Part shown: positions 60,203 to 64,000 of the stretch, piece by piece | Layout of the letters: the number at the start of each line of letters is the position of its first letter | Numbering within the stretch: the stretch's first letter is position 1 | Source of the DNA: the human T2T-CHM13v2.0 reference genome, Homo sapiens | Strand: one strand, 5' to 3' | NCBI RefSeq assembly: GCF_009914755.1 | Contig: NC_060925.1 | DNA: 64,000 nt | The notes under the pieces: generated by a model | What the model saw: the letters and a program-made list of their open reading frames with translations, nothing else | What the model was told of the DNA's origin: nothing | Databases searched by the model: none | Program-made: the position numbers and the translations under genes

Positions 60203-60423
60203 GCAGTGTTTCTCCACTACTGACAATCTTGCCTCCCAGGAAACATTTGGCAATATCTGGAGACCTTTTTAGTTGTTGCAAATGGGGAGGGGAAGGGAGT
60301 GCTGCTGTCAGCTAAGGGGCAGAGGCCAGGGGTGCTGCTGAACATCCTGCAGTACACAGAACAGCCCCTGCAACCGAGAGTTATCTGGCCAAAATGTCAG
60401 TGGTGCCACAGTTGAGAAACCTG
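60203..60423. mobile_element. MER20 (hAT-Charlie MITE)
   Basis: cagtgtttctc ... catttggcaatatctggagac ... gttgagaaacctg. Confidence 0.8.
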
Positions 60424-60488
60424 TTCAAGGTGACCCGTGTTTGATAGTGATGATGATGATGGGCTCACCCTTTATTAGATACAAGGTT

Positions 60489-61244
<756 letters not shown>

Positions 61245-61275
61245 AGGGGTATATTATCTGTACTGTTCACCTTGC

Positions 61276-61672
61276 TTTTTTCTTTTTCTTTTTTTGAGAC
61301 AGAGTCTCACCCTGGAGTGCCATGGCACAATGACAGCTCACTGCAGTCTCCACCTCCCAGGCTCAAGCCATCCTCCTACCTCAGCCTCCTGAATAGACTA
61401 TAAGCAAAGTGCCATTGTGTCTGGCTAATTTTGTTTGTTTGTTTGTTTTGTTTTGAGACAGGGTCTCACTCTACCTCAAAACAAAGAGCTAAAGTGCAGT
61501 GATGTGATCTCAGCTCACTGCAACCTCTGATGCCTGGCTAATTTAAAAAACTTTTCTAGAGACAGGGCCTCCCTATGTTGCCCAGGCTGATCTTGAACTC
61601 CTGGCCTCAAGTGGTCCTCCTGCCTGGCCTCCCAAAGTGATGGGGTTACAGACATGAGCCATCACAGCCAGC
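61276..61672 (-). mobile_element. Rearranged antisense AluJ pieces
   Basis: Partial Alu arms. Confidence 0.75.
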
Positions 61673-61868
61673 TGGGACATTTTCTTGGAAGTACAGTTTC
61701 TGAGTCACAGCATGTATCATTTTGCTAGATTACTGCCAGATTTCCTACCCTAGGGATTGTGCCATTTTGCATTCCTGCCAGCAATGCCCAGAAGTGTTCA
61801 GGTCTGATCTTAGAGTATCTTACTCATGAGGCCTTCTCAAACATCACATCTAAAGAAACCCCACACTG

Positions 61869-64000
<2,132 letters not shown>

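Overview
Primate (almost certainly human, 1p34) genomic DNA. Positions 1 to ~46.9 kb hold the 3' end of MACF1 (ACF7 spectraplakin) on the + strand. I reconstructed 29 GT-AG coding exons that splice into one continuous reading frame: about nine C-terminal spectrin repeats, two EF-hands, the Zn-binding GAR/GAS2 domain, the GSR repeats and the SKIP EB1-binding motif, with the stop at 45718-45720 and a ~1.0-1.2 kb 3'UTR. Three of these exons are frame-preserving cassettes (18, 69 and 111 nt). About 4.6 kb downstream on the same strand are a CpG island, exon 1 of BMP8A (ATG 51902, donor 52236) and the first ~12 kb of its intron 1. The rest is Alu-dense intron with MIR, L2, L1M, MaLR LTR and DNA-transposon relics. 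No new protein-coding gene is supportable. The most interesting observations are structural. (1) The exon structure is in register with the spectrin repeats, so an Alu-flanked 984-nt exon block would form a stop-less circular ORF of exactly three repeats. (2) A MACF1-BMP8A read-through splice would be phase-compatible. (3) Several candidate poison or cryptic exons lie around the microtubule-binding tail. (4) A ~126-bp inverted duplication truncates an Alu next to a palindromic microsatellite. Repeat boundaries and subfamily calls are by eye and approximate.
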